NCBI GenBank assembly: GCA_964527235.1
Contig: CAZGNC010000001.1
Location: forward strand, 170,344-234,343
Length of the DNA stretch: 64,000 nucleotides
Direction: 5' to 3'
Origin: an uncultured Candidatus Saccharibacteria bacterium
GTDB taxonomy: Bacteria; Patescibacteriota; Minisyncoccia; Phycocordibacterales; UBA9973
Below, one piece after another: positions 8,427 through 15,605 of the stretch. A program made the translations under genes and the position numbers. The notes under the pieces are model-generated. The model had not been told where the DNA came from. It saw nothing but the letters and a program-made list of their open reading frames with translations, and did not search any database. Every line of letters begins with the position of its first letter. Position 1 is the first letter of the stretch.

Positions 8427-8457
8427 ACGCGAGTACGCTTTCGGGAGGCTGGGTACG

Positions 8458-8853
8458 CTATAGGGTTACCTCTTTTTTGACTGCTTGCTCAACTTTTTGA
8501 AGAAAACCCTCGGGGATTTCTTCTGCAGTATCAATTTCTGAGAAAACATGTTTGAGGCGTTCTATTTTTTCTCTAACTTCTTGTGCCTTTTGGGCCTCTC
8601 CAGCTTCTTCGTAGTATGTAATGTTAACTTTCAACAGACGCAAAATAGAATCAAGTGATGCCTTTACATCTTTTATAGGCCAAGGTTTATATTCGTCGGG
8701 AATAGCAATGATCATTCCTCTTACTAATACTTTCATGCTTGTTAATACAGCACCATTAGTATCTCTAACGTACTCAGCTAGTTTGTCTGGTGTGTAGTCA
8801 GGAATGTGTTCAGATTTTTGCGGGGTCATCGGAGGTCTTTCGAATTTATCCAT
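8458..8853 (-). CDS. hypothetical protein (131 aa)
   Basis: AT-rich host-like ORF with no recognisable domain; flanked by copies 1 and 3 of the conserved block. Confidence 0.5.
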   Translation of the reverse strand: MDKFERPPMTPQKSEHIPDYTPDKLAEYVRDTNGAVLTSMKVLVRGMIIAIPDEYKPWPIKDVKASLDSILRLLKVNITYYEEAGEAQKAQEVREKIERLKHVFSEIDTAEEIPEGFLQKVEQAVKKEVTL

Positions 8854-8969
8854 AAATTTAGTGTTATTTAATTTATTATTAATAAATAATTTTATAATAT
8901 GTAAAAAATGATGTCAATTTATCTAAACACCAGTAGAAGTCAGAATGTTGCAAGATACAATAAAATTTT

Positions 8970-9047
8970 GAGTGCTTCGCACGCAGAGTTTGTGTGGGCC
9001 ACAATAATTTGCTCGTCGTCACTCGCAAATTTTCCAGCCCCGGACTC
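8970..9047. repeat. conserved 78-nt block, copy 1 (3' side of tRNA-Glu-TTC)
   Basis: gagtgcttcgcacgcagagtttgtgtgggccacaataatttgctcgtcgtcactcgcaaattttccagccccggactc; 77/78 identical to 30749-30826; further similarity at ccgtcttcacaaa. Confidence 0.5.
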
Positions 9048-9096
9048 AGTTGTTTTTCTTGCTAGAAAAACATACTTCCGTCTTCACAAAGCACAG

Positions 9097-9124
9097 AAAA
9101 AGAGCACAGCAGTGTGCTCTTTTT
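9097..9124 (-). terminator. bidirectional intrinsic terminator hairpin after tRNA-Glu
   Basis: aaaaa-gagcaca-gcag-tgtgctc-ttttt: perfect 7-bp stem with A/T runs on both sides. Confidence 0.6.
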
Positions 9125-9139
9125 CATGTACGTGCTTTG

Positions 9140-9211
9140 TGACCCCACAGAGAATCGAACTCTGATTACCGCCTTGAAAAGGCGATGTCCTAACCGTTAG
9201 ACGATGGGGCC
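9140..9211 (-). tRNA. tRNA-Glu (anticodon TTC)
   Basis: Reverse complement GGCCCCATCGTCTAACGGTTAGGACATCGCCTTTTCAAGGCGG...TTCGATTC...TGGGGTCA folds as a cloverleaf with anticodon loop TTTTCAA. Confidence 0.85.
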
Positions 9212-9279
9212 GTATGGCCAAGTGTTTTACTTAGCAGAAATATAATAACATTTTTTATCTAAATTGCAAAAATGCGAAA

Positions 9280-9309
9280 CCCCCACCCGGCGTATTGCGC
9301 GGGCGGGGG
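9280..9309 (-). terminator. hairpin plus T-run terminating the CheY/2-TM operon on the minus strand
   Basis: cccccacccg-gcgtattgcg-cgggcggggg (9 of 10 bp paired), followed on the minus strand by tttcgcattttt. Confidence 0.45.
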
Positions 9310-9329
9310 CTGTGATGATTCCTGCTTGG

Positions 9330-9704
9330 CTAGCAGGGGGGTTGAGGGTTGATGATCGCCTCGATCTTCTCCTTGAGCAGATGTGGTGTGAACGGCTTGA
9401 CGATGTAGTTGTTCACGCCTGCCTGGACCGCCGCGATGATGTCTTCTTTCGCGCTGCTGGTAGTTACCAGCAGTATGGGTACCGACTTGCCGTCGGGACG
9501 AGCACGGAGCTTGCGAATGCACTCGATGCCGGACATGACTGGCATGTTCCAGTCGACGATGACGAAATCAATCGTCTTGTCGAACTTCGTGAGTGCTTCG
9601 AAGCCATTGCTGGCCTCGACGAAATCGACGTAGCCGATCTTCTCGAGCGAGGTGGTGATGATTCGGCGCATTGTGGCGGAATCATCAACGACGAGGAATT
9701 TCAT
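9330..9704 (-). CDS. CheY-like single-domain response regulator receiver protein (GC-rich island 2)
   Basis: 124 aa; canonical receiver residues DD (7-8), phospho-acceptor D in VIVDWNMP, T in LLVTT, K in IVKPF; no output domain. Confidence 0.75.
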   Translation of the reverse strand: MKFLVVDDSATMRRIITTSLEKIGYVDFVEASNGFEALTKFDKTIDFVIVDWNMPVMSGIECIRKLRARPDGKSVPILLVTTSSAKEDIIAAVQAGVNNYIVKPFTPHLLKEKIEAIINPQPPC

Positions 9705-9729
9705 GTTCTTCTCCTGTTGATGAGTGGCC

Positions 9730-9933
9730 TCAGCTCTTCTTCTTGAACAAACCCCATGCGGTCAGTCCAATCGCGATTACCGCCATGACGGTGAACAAGA
9801 TCGCTAGATCGACGGCGGGCTCTTTTTTGGTCTTGATTGCAAGGTGCCAAATCAATGCTGCCGTCGCCACGAGACATCCCGCAATCCATCCCATCAATAG
9901 AACACTGATGTTCTTGTTCGTCAATTTCGGCAT
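9730..9933 (-). CDS. small 2-TM membrane protein (67 aa), co-transcribed upstream of the CheY gene
   Basis: SD AGGAGG 7 nt upstream of ATG (MPKLTNKNISVLLMGWIAGCLVATAALIW...VMAVIAIGLTAWGLF); internal start of the 99-aa track ORF. Confidence 0.45.
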   Translation of the reverse strand: MPKLTNKNISVLLMGWIAGCLVATAALIWHLAIKTKKEPAVDLAILFTVMAVIAIGLTAWGLFKKKS

Positions 9934-10000
9934 GAATACTCCTCCTGGTTGTCGAAGGGGACAGGTCAGGGTGACCAATTCCCAGGTGCTTCCGATGTAA

Positions 10001-10029
10001 AGTATAGCACATTTTGACCCTTTTGTCAA
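10001..10029 (-). promoter_or_regulatory. sigma70-like promoter TTGACA-N17-TATACT (minus strand) with a palindrome over the -35 element
   Basis: Minus-strand TTGACAaaagggtcaaaatgtgcTATACT; inverted repeat TTGAC-aaaaggg-GTCAA overlaps the -35. Confidence 0.4.
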
Positions 10030-10136
10030 AGGGTATTTTATGGAAAAATTATAACCTTATGGTATAAAGAAAGTGAGTATTAGATAGTTCTGTTGGTGTA
10101 GGCAATCACCCCGCACAAGCATGGAGGTATTACGTC

Positions 10137-10322
10137 ATGCATCACGATCTTCCGGCAGGGCAAGAACACAAACGTTGCGAGCGTTGCGCTCGCAGTACTT
10201 TGCACGACGAGAATGTCTGCCAGGAGTGTGGACTTTCTGCCCCTTCAGGGCAAGTGCATGGGGCATCAATTTCCGGTGGCCAGGCGACTGCCTGGTCAAA
10301 TGGATCCGCAACCGACCAATGA
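10137..10322 (+). CDS. small zinc-ribbon-like protein (61 aa; CxxC...CxxC)
   Basis: SD GGAGGT 8 nt upstream of ATG; CERCARSTLHDENVCQECG. Confidence 0.4.
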   Translation: MHHDLPAGQEHKRCERCARSTLHDENVCQECGLSAPSGQVHGASISGGQATAWSNGSATDQ

Positions 10323-10332
10323 GGAAGAGAAG

Positions 10333-10527
10333 ATGGCTGACAGCAAGAATTCCGAAGGCGATGCGGTGAGAGGAGAGATCGAATCTTTGCGTGCAGATCT
10401 AGCGTCGTCTCCCAAGGATCCGATCGTGATTCCATCGCTCGATATCATTGGGCGATCACACCCTTTGCACCCTGATTTTGAGCCGACGGCTGTGTCGCTC
10501 ACCAATGATCGTCGTCTCACCAAGTGA
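10333..10527 (+). CDS. hypothetical acidic small protein (64 aa)
   Basis: SD GAGGAAGAG upstream of an internal ATG of the 104-aa track ORF; MADSKNSEGDAVRGEIESLRADL... Confidence 0.3.
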   Translation: MADSKNSEGDAVRGEIESLRADLASSPKDPIVIPSLDIIGRSHPLHPDFEPTAVSLTNDRRLTK

Positions 10528-10536
10528 GGTGATCGC

Positions 10537-10743
10537 ATGCCCCCACATTCGCACAAGAAAGGCAATAAGCCTCGCCGCGGAAAGAGGGAGCGCAGAGAGG
10601 CGAAACTGCAGGCCAAGCGATATGAAGAAGCAGCTCGGCGTCTTCGTGAACAAGGCCACAGCGGGAATATGAACGACGGCAGTCGGACGTACCAGGGTCC
10701 CACCTGGGGTCATCAAAGCCGGCGAAGGAGTAATTCGAAGTAG
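10537..10743 (+). CDS. highly basic small protein (68 aa, Lys/Arg-rich)
   Basis: SD GAGGTGA 5 nt upstream of ATG; MPPHSHKKGNKPRRGKRERREAKLQAKRYEEAARRLRE... Confidence 0.4.
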   Translation: MPPHSHKKGNKPRRGKRERREAKLQAKRYEEAARRLREQGHSGNMNDGSRTYQGPTWGHQSRRRSNSK

Positions 10744-10756
10744 AGGGAGAATCGAA

Positions 10757-10800
10757 GCGAGGGGCGTCAAACAACCGACGCCACCTCGCTTTTCCTTTTT
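10757..10800 (+). terminator. intrinsic terminator of the island-2 plus-strand operon
   Basis: gcgaggggcgtc-aaacaacc-gacgcc(a)cctcgc followed by ttttcctttttt. Confidence 0.55.
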
Positions 10801-10827
10801 TATGTGGCGTGTTAGTTTTATTAATAC

Positions 10828-10914
10828 GGAGGCGTGGCTGAGTGGTTGAAGGCACCGGTTTCGAAAACCGGCATTGGGGAAACCTAATCGTGAGTTCAAA
10901 TCTCACCGCCTCCG
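10828..10914 (+). tRNA. tRNA-Ser (anticodon CGA)
   Basis: GGAGGCG...CGCCTCC acceptor; anticodon stem-loop CCGGT-TTCGAAA-ACCGG; long variable arm; T-loop TTCAAAT. Confidence 0.85.
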
Positions 10915-10917
10915 CTT

Positions 10918-11844
10918 TTATTTCGTATGTATCGCCAGATATATATCTTCTAGCGCACGAACTGCATCACCTGCGGCTATGTTGTTCTGGTGATACAGGA
11001 TATCTGTGCAGTCACCAGCGGCCCAGATGCCTGGGGTTTCTGTCTTCTGATTCAAGGGGTTTATTTTTATGCGATTTTGTTCGTCCATAGGTACTACACC
11101 TTTCGCAAATCCTGTGTTCGGTATTTGCCCGATTTCTACGAATATTCCAGTAGCTTGCAGCTCTACAGTCTCGCCGGTGGTTTTGTCTTTATAGATTATA
11201 CCGTTGACGAATTGATCTCCAGTGACTTCTAGAATATCTACATTCTTTACTGCTTTCATTTTTGGATTCTTGAGAACTTTCTCAACAGTGACTTCGTCTG
11301 CTCTAAATTCTTCACTGCGATGAAGTAGTGTTACAGAATTGCAGTATGCTAGTAGTTGCGCAGCGCTTTCAAATCCTGCATTGCCTCCACCGATCACAAC
11401 TACGTCTTGCCCGTCGAAAAGTGGCCCATCACAAGAAGCACAGTAAGTTAGTCCCTTGTGTTCGAATTTATCTGCATTCTTAGCTTCAAGTTTGCGACGT
11501 CCACTACCGGCAGCTATGAGTATGGTTTTTGTATCAAAAGTTTTCCCTGATTCGATGCCCACAGTAAAAAGCTCACCATTCTTAGTGATAGAAGTGGCTT
11601 TCTCTCCTTGCTGTATTTCTAGGCTTTCTCCTGCGTTGGCTTCTACGTGTTTTCTTAAGTTCTCGGCGAGTTCGTTACCAGCGATAGATACCGAGCCTAT
11701 CCAGTTATATATCTTCTCAGACACGACAGATTGCCCACCCCATTCAGAAGTGATGAGTAATGTTTTTAGCTTTTTACGTGCAGCATAAACCGCCGCAGAA
11801 GTGCCGGCAGGTCCACCGCCAACTATTATCAAATCATGGGTCAT
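10918..11844 (-). CDS. trxB: thioredoxin-disulfide reductase
   Basis: 308 aa; FAD motif GGGPAG; redox-active CASCDG (CxxC); NAD(P)-binding GGGNAG. Confidence 0.85.
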   Translation of the reverse strand: MTHDLIIVGGGPAGTSAAVYAARKKLKTLLITSEWGGQSVVSEKIYNWIGSVSIAGNELAENLRKHVEANAGESLEIQQGEKATSITKNGELFTVGIESGKTFDTKTILIAAGSGRRKLEAKNADKFEHKGLTYCASCDGPLFDGQDVVVIGGGNAGFESAAQLLAYCNSVTLLHRSEEFRADEVTVEKVLKNPKMKAVKNVDILEVTGDQFVNGIIYKDKTTGETVELQATGIFVEIGQIPNTGFAKGVVPMDEQNRIKINPLNQKTETPGIWAAGDCTDILYHQNNIAAGDAVRALEDIYLAIHTK

Positions 11845-11883
11845 TTCTGTATTATAGCAGATACGTCAAGAACGTAGAAATTT

Positions 11884-13125
11884 TTATTTTTTATTTCTGC
11901 GTAGAAAAGCAGGTACAGCGCTCCAGTCGCCACCATCGTCATCGATTATTATTTCCTCGATAGGTTCTGGCTTTTTCTCAGTTCTCTTTATGAATTCGTT
12001 GTTTAGGTTTGTGGTGGTGTTGATTGTAGGGGTAGGGGTGACAGGTGCTGAAGTGTTTTGCTGGATAGTGTTATGAATTTCTTTTTTGATTACTGCAGGG
12101 GCTTCGTCTTTAACTAGTGTCTGAGTAGCTATAGTGCCGTTGCCTCCAAATAGGTTCTTGCGAGGAGCCTCACCGCCGAAACTTGTAGCGATGACAGTAA
12201 CGCGTAGTTCACCCTTCTTTAATTTCTCATCGCGGATAGTACCGAATATAACTTTCGCATCTTTGTCGATTGACTCGGTTATTATTTTCGCAGCTTCTTG
12301 AATTTCGTGAATTGTTACATCGTCGCCACCAGATATTGCGAATAGTACGCCCTTAGCGCCGTGGATAGAGACTTCAAGTAGGGGAGAATTGATAGCTTGC
12401 AATGCTGCTTTCTCTGCGCGCTTCTCACCTGAAGCAGAGCCTACACCCATGAGTGCGCTACCTGCGTCAGCCATGATGGCCTTGATGTCAGCGAAGTCTA
12501 CGTTGATAACACCCGGAGTAGTAATAAGGTCTGAAATTCCTTCTACAGCTTGGCGTAATACGTCGTCGCATCTTGAGAAAGCGTCTTTGAAGTTGGTGTC
12601 TTTGTCTGCGAGCTGTATTAGCTTGTCGTTAGGTATGGTGATGATAGCGTCGACTTCCTTGGCAAGTTCTTCGATGCCTTTCTCAGCGATTCGCATTCTC
12701 TGAGTACCTTCGAAGAAGAAAGGTTTAGTAGTAACTGCGACAGTAAGTATACCTTGTTCTTTTGCAGCGCGAGCAACTATCGGGGATGCTCCAGTTCCTG
12801 TACCTCCGCCCATTCCGCACGCGATGAATATCATATCAGCACCCTTTATAACGTCTTGAATTTCTGCTTTAGTTTCTTCTGCAGCTTTTTTACCAATCTC
12901 AGGATTCATACCAGCACCGAGACCTTTGGTTAGGTTTTTTCCGATATGAATTTTCTTTTCAGCGAGTGAGTGATGCAAGTCCTGAGTATCTGTGTTCATA
13001 CAGATAAAAGATATGCCTTTTACTTTAGAATTGATCATGTGGTTGACCGCGTTTTTGCCTGATCCACCGACACCGATGACCACAATTCGAGCGAAGCTTT
13101 CTATTACTGGATTTACTTTTGGCAT
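11884..13125 (-). CDS. ftsZ: cell division GTPase FtsZ
   Basis: 413 aa; tubulin signature GGGTGTG in ACGMGGGTGTGASPIVA; GVGGSGKNAVN N-terminal motif. Confidence 0.9.
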   Translation of the reverse strand: MPKVNPVIESFARIVVIGVGGSGKNAVNHMINSKVKGISFICMNTDTQDLHHSLAEKKIHIGKNLTKGLGAGMNPEIGKKAAEETKAEIQDVIKGADMIFIACGMGGGTGTGASPIVARAAKEQGILTVAVTTKPFFFEGTQRMRIAEKGIEELAKEVDAIITIPNDKLIQLADKDTNFKDAFSRCDDVLRQAVEGISDLITTPGVINVDFADIKAIMADAGSALMGVGSASGEKRAEKAALQAINSPLLEVSIHGAKGVLFAISGGDDVTIHEIQEAAKIITESIDKDAKVIFGTIRDEKLKKGELRVTVIATSFGGEAPRKNLFGGNGTIATQTLVKDEAPAVIKKEIHNTIQQNTSAPVTPTPTINTTTNLNNEFIKRTEKKPEPIEEIIIDDDGGDWSAVPAFLRRNKK

Positions 13126-13234
13126 AGTTTTTATGTGAAATTAATGACTAAACTTGTATATTTTATACACTACCACCCAGGGGTAAAAAAAGCAAAATTT
13201 CGTTTTTTAAGACGAAATACTATAGTACAACAGT

Positions 13235-14398
13235 CTAGGGCATTAGCTGTTTTATGCCTGCTTTTATTGTACTTTTTAGGTCTTTTAGCATATTTGCGAA
13301 GGATCCCGTAGGTACACCTTCACTATCTATATTGGAATTAATCAAGCCCAGGGTGGTGAACCATGCTGGGTCTCTAAGTTTGGTCTTGTTGTTGCCGAAC
13401 ATGTCAGTAGTAGCGACTCTTGATGGTAATTTCAATGATTCTTTAGAATAAGTTGCCAGTCCTGGGATATTTGCACTACCACCGATGAATACTATACCCG
13501 CTGGTAGGAGTTCGTTCCTTTTTATTTTCTTTAAATGATTTTCTATTAGTTCGAAAATATCAGAAAGTCTTGCTTCGATTATTTCATCCAATTTTTTCTT
13601 AGAATAATCTTCTACACCATTTCCTAGTTTTAGATTCTCTGCTTCTTCTAGTGAAATCTTGAGTCCAAGCGCGATGTCGTTGGTGACGTCACCACCTCCG
13701 ATAGAGAAAGTGTGAAGCGATACCAATGAACCGTTTTCAAATACCGCAAGCGATACTGTCTCAGAACCGATGTTTACTAATGCAGAGCCAGCAATCTTTT
13801 GTTTTGGAGAGAGCGCAATGTGGCTAGAGGCAATAGGGGAAGGTATCACATCTATGGGCTTTACTCCGGCCTCGGTAATGACTGAAAGTAGGTCATCTAG
13901 GTGCTGGCTAGAGCAGGTTACGAAAAGGGTTTTGACCTCGAGCTTGGTGCCCTTCATGCCCTCTGGTCGGCCTAGGATTTCCTTGCCGTCGAGTTTAAAC
14001 GACATAGGGAATACTTGGATAACTTTCTTATTATTTAAGCTTAAATTGTCTTCTGAGTCTTCTATGGCTCTCTCTATATCTAGGTGGGTGACTTCGCCGT
14101 CGGCCTTAGAAACTATCGCTTCACCGGTGCTGAGGTCTCCTCGTAGTGTTACTCCACCTACTGCCACGAAGGCGCGTCTAATTTTAATATCTGAAGTTTT
14201 CTCTGCGATAGCGACTGCTTGTTTGACTGAATGTACTGCGAGTGATGAGTCTACGATATAGCCATGGCGCATGCCCTCGGTTGGAGCTTCTCCAACGCCA
14301 ATAACTTTAGGATCTTTTTCTCCCTTTAGAAATTCTGCTACCACTACTCTCGTTACCGAGGACCCCACGTCGATCCCGATAGAAATATTTCTTATCAT
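13235..14398 (-). CDS. ftsA: cell division protein FtsA (actin-like ATPase)
   Basis: 387 aa; N-terminus IGIDVGSSVTRVVVAE and actin-fold motifs; lies directly upstream of ftsZ on the same strand. Confidence 0.85.
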   Translation of the reverse strand: MIRNISIGIDVGSSVTRVVVAEFLKGEKDPKVIGVGEAPTEGMRHGYIVDSSLAVHSVKQAVAIAEKTSDIKIRRAFVAVGGVTLRGDLSTGEAIVSKADGEVTHLDIERAIEDSEDNLSLNNKKVIQVFPMSFKLDGKEILGRPEGMKGTKLEVKTLFVTCSSQHLDDLLSVITEAGVKPIDVIPSPIASSHIALSPKQKIAGSALVNIGSETVSLAVFENGSLVSLHTFSIGGGDVTNDIALGLKISLEEAENLKLGNGVEDYSKKKLDEIIEARLSDIFELIENHLKKIKRNELLPAGIVFIGGSANIPGLATYSKESLKLPSRVATTDMFGNNKTKLRDPAWFTTLGLINSNIDSEGVPTGSFANMLKDLKSTIKAGIKQLMP

Positions 14399-14741
14399 AT
14401 TTTTGTTCTGCTCTTTCCATTATACTGCCATGTTGCATTCCTTTCAAATGAAGCATTCCGTGGATAACTAAAAATCCTAAAAGTTCATCGTAATTTTTAT
14501 CAAATTTTTTTTCTTTTACTTCTTTTTTTACAACTTCGGGGCAGATGATAAGTTCGCCTTCTTTTTTAGAAAAATAAAAAGACAGAACGTTGGTAGGTTT
14601 GTCTTTCTGGCGGTACTGTTTATTTATTTTGCGAGACTGTGTAGGGGAGACGAAGGCAAAGGATAAATCATAATCCTTGCCTAGGATATCGTTCTTGAGA
14701 GTTTCGATAAGACTATTCCATTTTTTACTTAATCTTTCCAA
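14307..14741 (-). CDS. ybeY: rRNA maturation endoribonuclease YbeY
   Basis: 144 aa; zinc motif HGMLHLKGMQHG (HxxxHxxxxxH); the 3' end overlaps the ftsA start by ~92 nt in a different frame. Confidence 0.7.
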   Translation of the reverse strand: MERLSKKWNSLIETLKNDILGKDYDLSFAFVSPTQSRKINKQYRQKDKPTNVLSFYFSKKEGELIICPEVVKKEVKEKKFDKNYDELLGFLVIHGMLHLKGMQHGSIMERAEQKYDKKYFYRDRRGVLGNESSGSRISKGRKRS

Positions 14742-14952
14742 GTTTGCGGAGCTTTTCGATTTCCTTGCGATGGCCCATTCTCTTTAGAGCACTTTTCTTT
14801 ACTTTAAGCTTAGATTCTTTTCTTTCGTTATATCGGGAGTTCTTTACTTTGTGGATTATGCCTGATTCCTGAATTCGGCGAGAAAAACGGCGCAATACGC
14901 TTGCGTTGTTTTCATTGTTGTTCTTCTTTACTTCGATTACTGTTTTTGCCAT
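14725..14952 (-). CDS. rpsU: 30S ribosomal protein S21 (bS21)
   Basis: 75 aa, very basic; MAKTV...VLRRFSRRIQESGII...ALKRMGHRKE matches bS21. Confidence 0.8.
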   Translation of the reverse strand: MAKTVIEVKKNNNENNASVLRRFSRRIQESGIIHKVKNSRYNERKESKLKVKKSALKRMGHRKEIEKLRKLGKIK

Positions 14953-15121
14953 ATAGTTTAATTCGCCCCTCGGGAACTCCTAGGGACTAGAATAGAATAT
15001 CATAAAAAAAATTTATAGCAAGCCGAGGAATTGCTATAACGACGTACTGAGCAAAGCTCTGCGATCGTGCATGGGTGCTCTAAAATTGACTATTGGCCTA
15101 AAAAAAGATAAAATTTCCTTT

Positions 15122-15595
15122 ATGAAACAAGACAAAACTGTGAATTATATAACGGCGGAAAAGAAAAAAGAGCTTGAAGCAGAACTTACAGACCTAAAAG
15201 GACCTAAAAGGAAGGCTATATTAGAAGCCCTAGAATATGCGAAGTCTCTTGGCGATTTGTCTGAAAACGCTGAATACCACCAGACTCGAGAGGATCAGGG
15301 CAAGCTCGAAGAGCGTATCGCGAAAATAGAGAATGTCCTACAGTCTTCTCTGGTAGTATCTTCCAAAGGTGGCGACGAGATAGGCGTTGGCTCTAAGGTA
15401 GTTGTGCAGAAAGTCGGCACTAAAGAAGAAAAGTCATATCAGATCGTAGGTAGTGAAGAAGCAGACATGGCTCAAGGTAAAATTTCTAACCGCTCTCCAT
15501 TCGGCGAGGCAATCTTCGGCAAGAAAAAGGGAGAAAGTTTCTCTTTCAAAACTCCAAGTGGAACTGTTGATTACAAAATAATAAGTGTTGCTTAA
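15122..15595 (+). CDS. greA: transcription elongation factor GreA
   Basis: Coiled-coil N-terminus (ITAEKKKELEAELTDLKG) and C-terminal FKBP-like domain (SPFGEAIFGKKKGESFSFKTPSGTVDYKI); start chosen at the internal Met of the 174-aa track ORF. Confidence 0.8.
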   Translation: MKQDKTVNYITAEKKKELEAELTDLKGPKRKAILEALEYAKSLGDLSENAEYHQTREDQGKLEERIAKIENVLQSSLVVSSKGGDEIGVGSKVVVQKVGTKEEKSYQIVGSEEADMAQGKISNRSPFGEAIFGKKKGESFSFKTPSGTVDYKIISVA

Positions 15596-15605
15596 ATTAA
15601 TTTAA

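Noticed and set aside
8970-9047. Possibility that the conserved block is RNase P RNA or another known housekeeping RNA
   Set aside because: The block is only ~80-140 nt and present in 2-3 copies, and its gagtccggggctgg segment does not match the RNase P P4 consensus. It cannot be tmRNA, 6S or SRP RNA by size or motifs.
8908-9165. 85-aa plus-strand ORF spanning the conserved 78-nt block, the terminator hairpin and the antisense of tRNA-Glu
   Set aside because: The second copy of the block (30749) is not part of any equivalent ORF. The ORF also runs antisense through a tRNA gene, so the block is conserved as nucleotide sequence, not as coding sequence.
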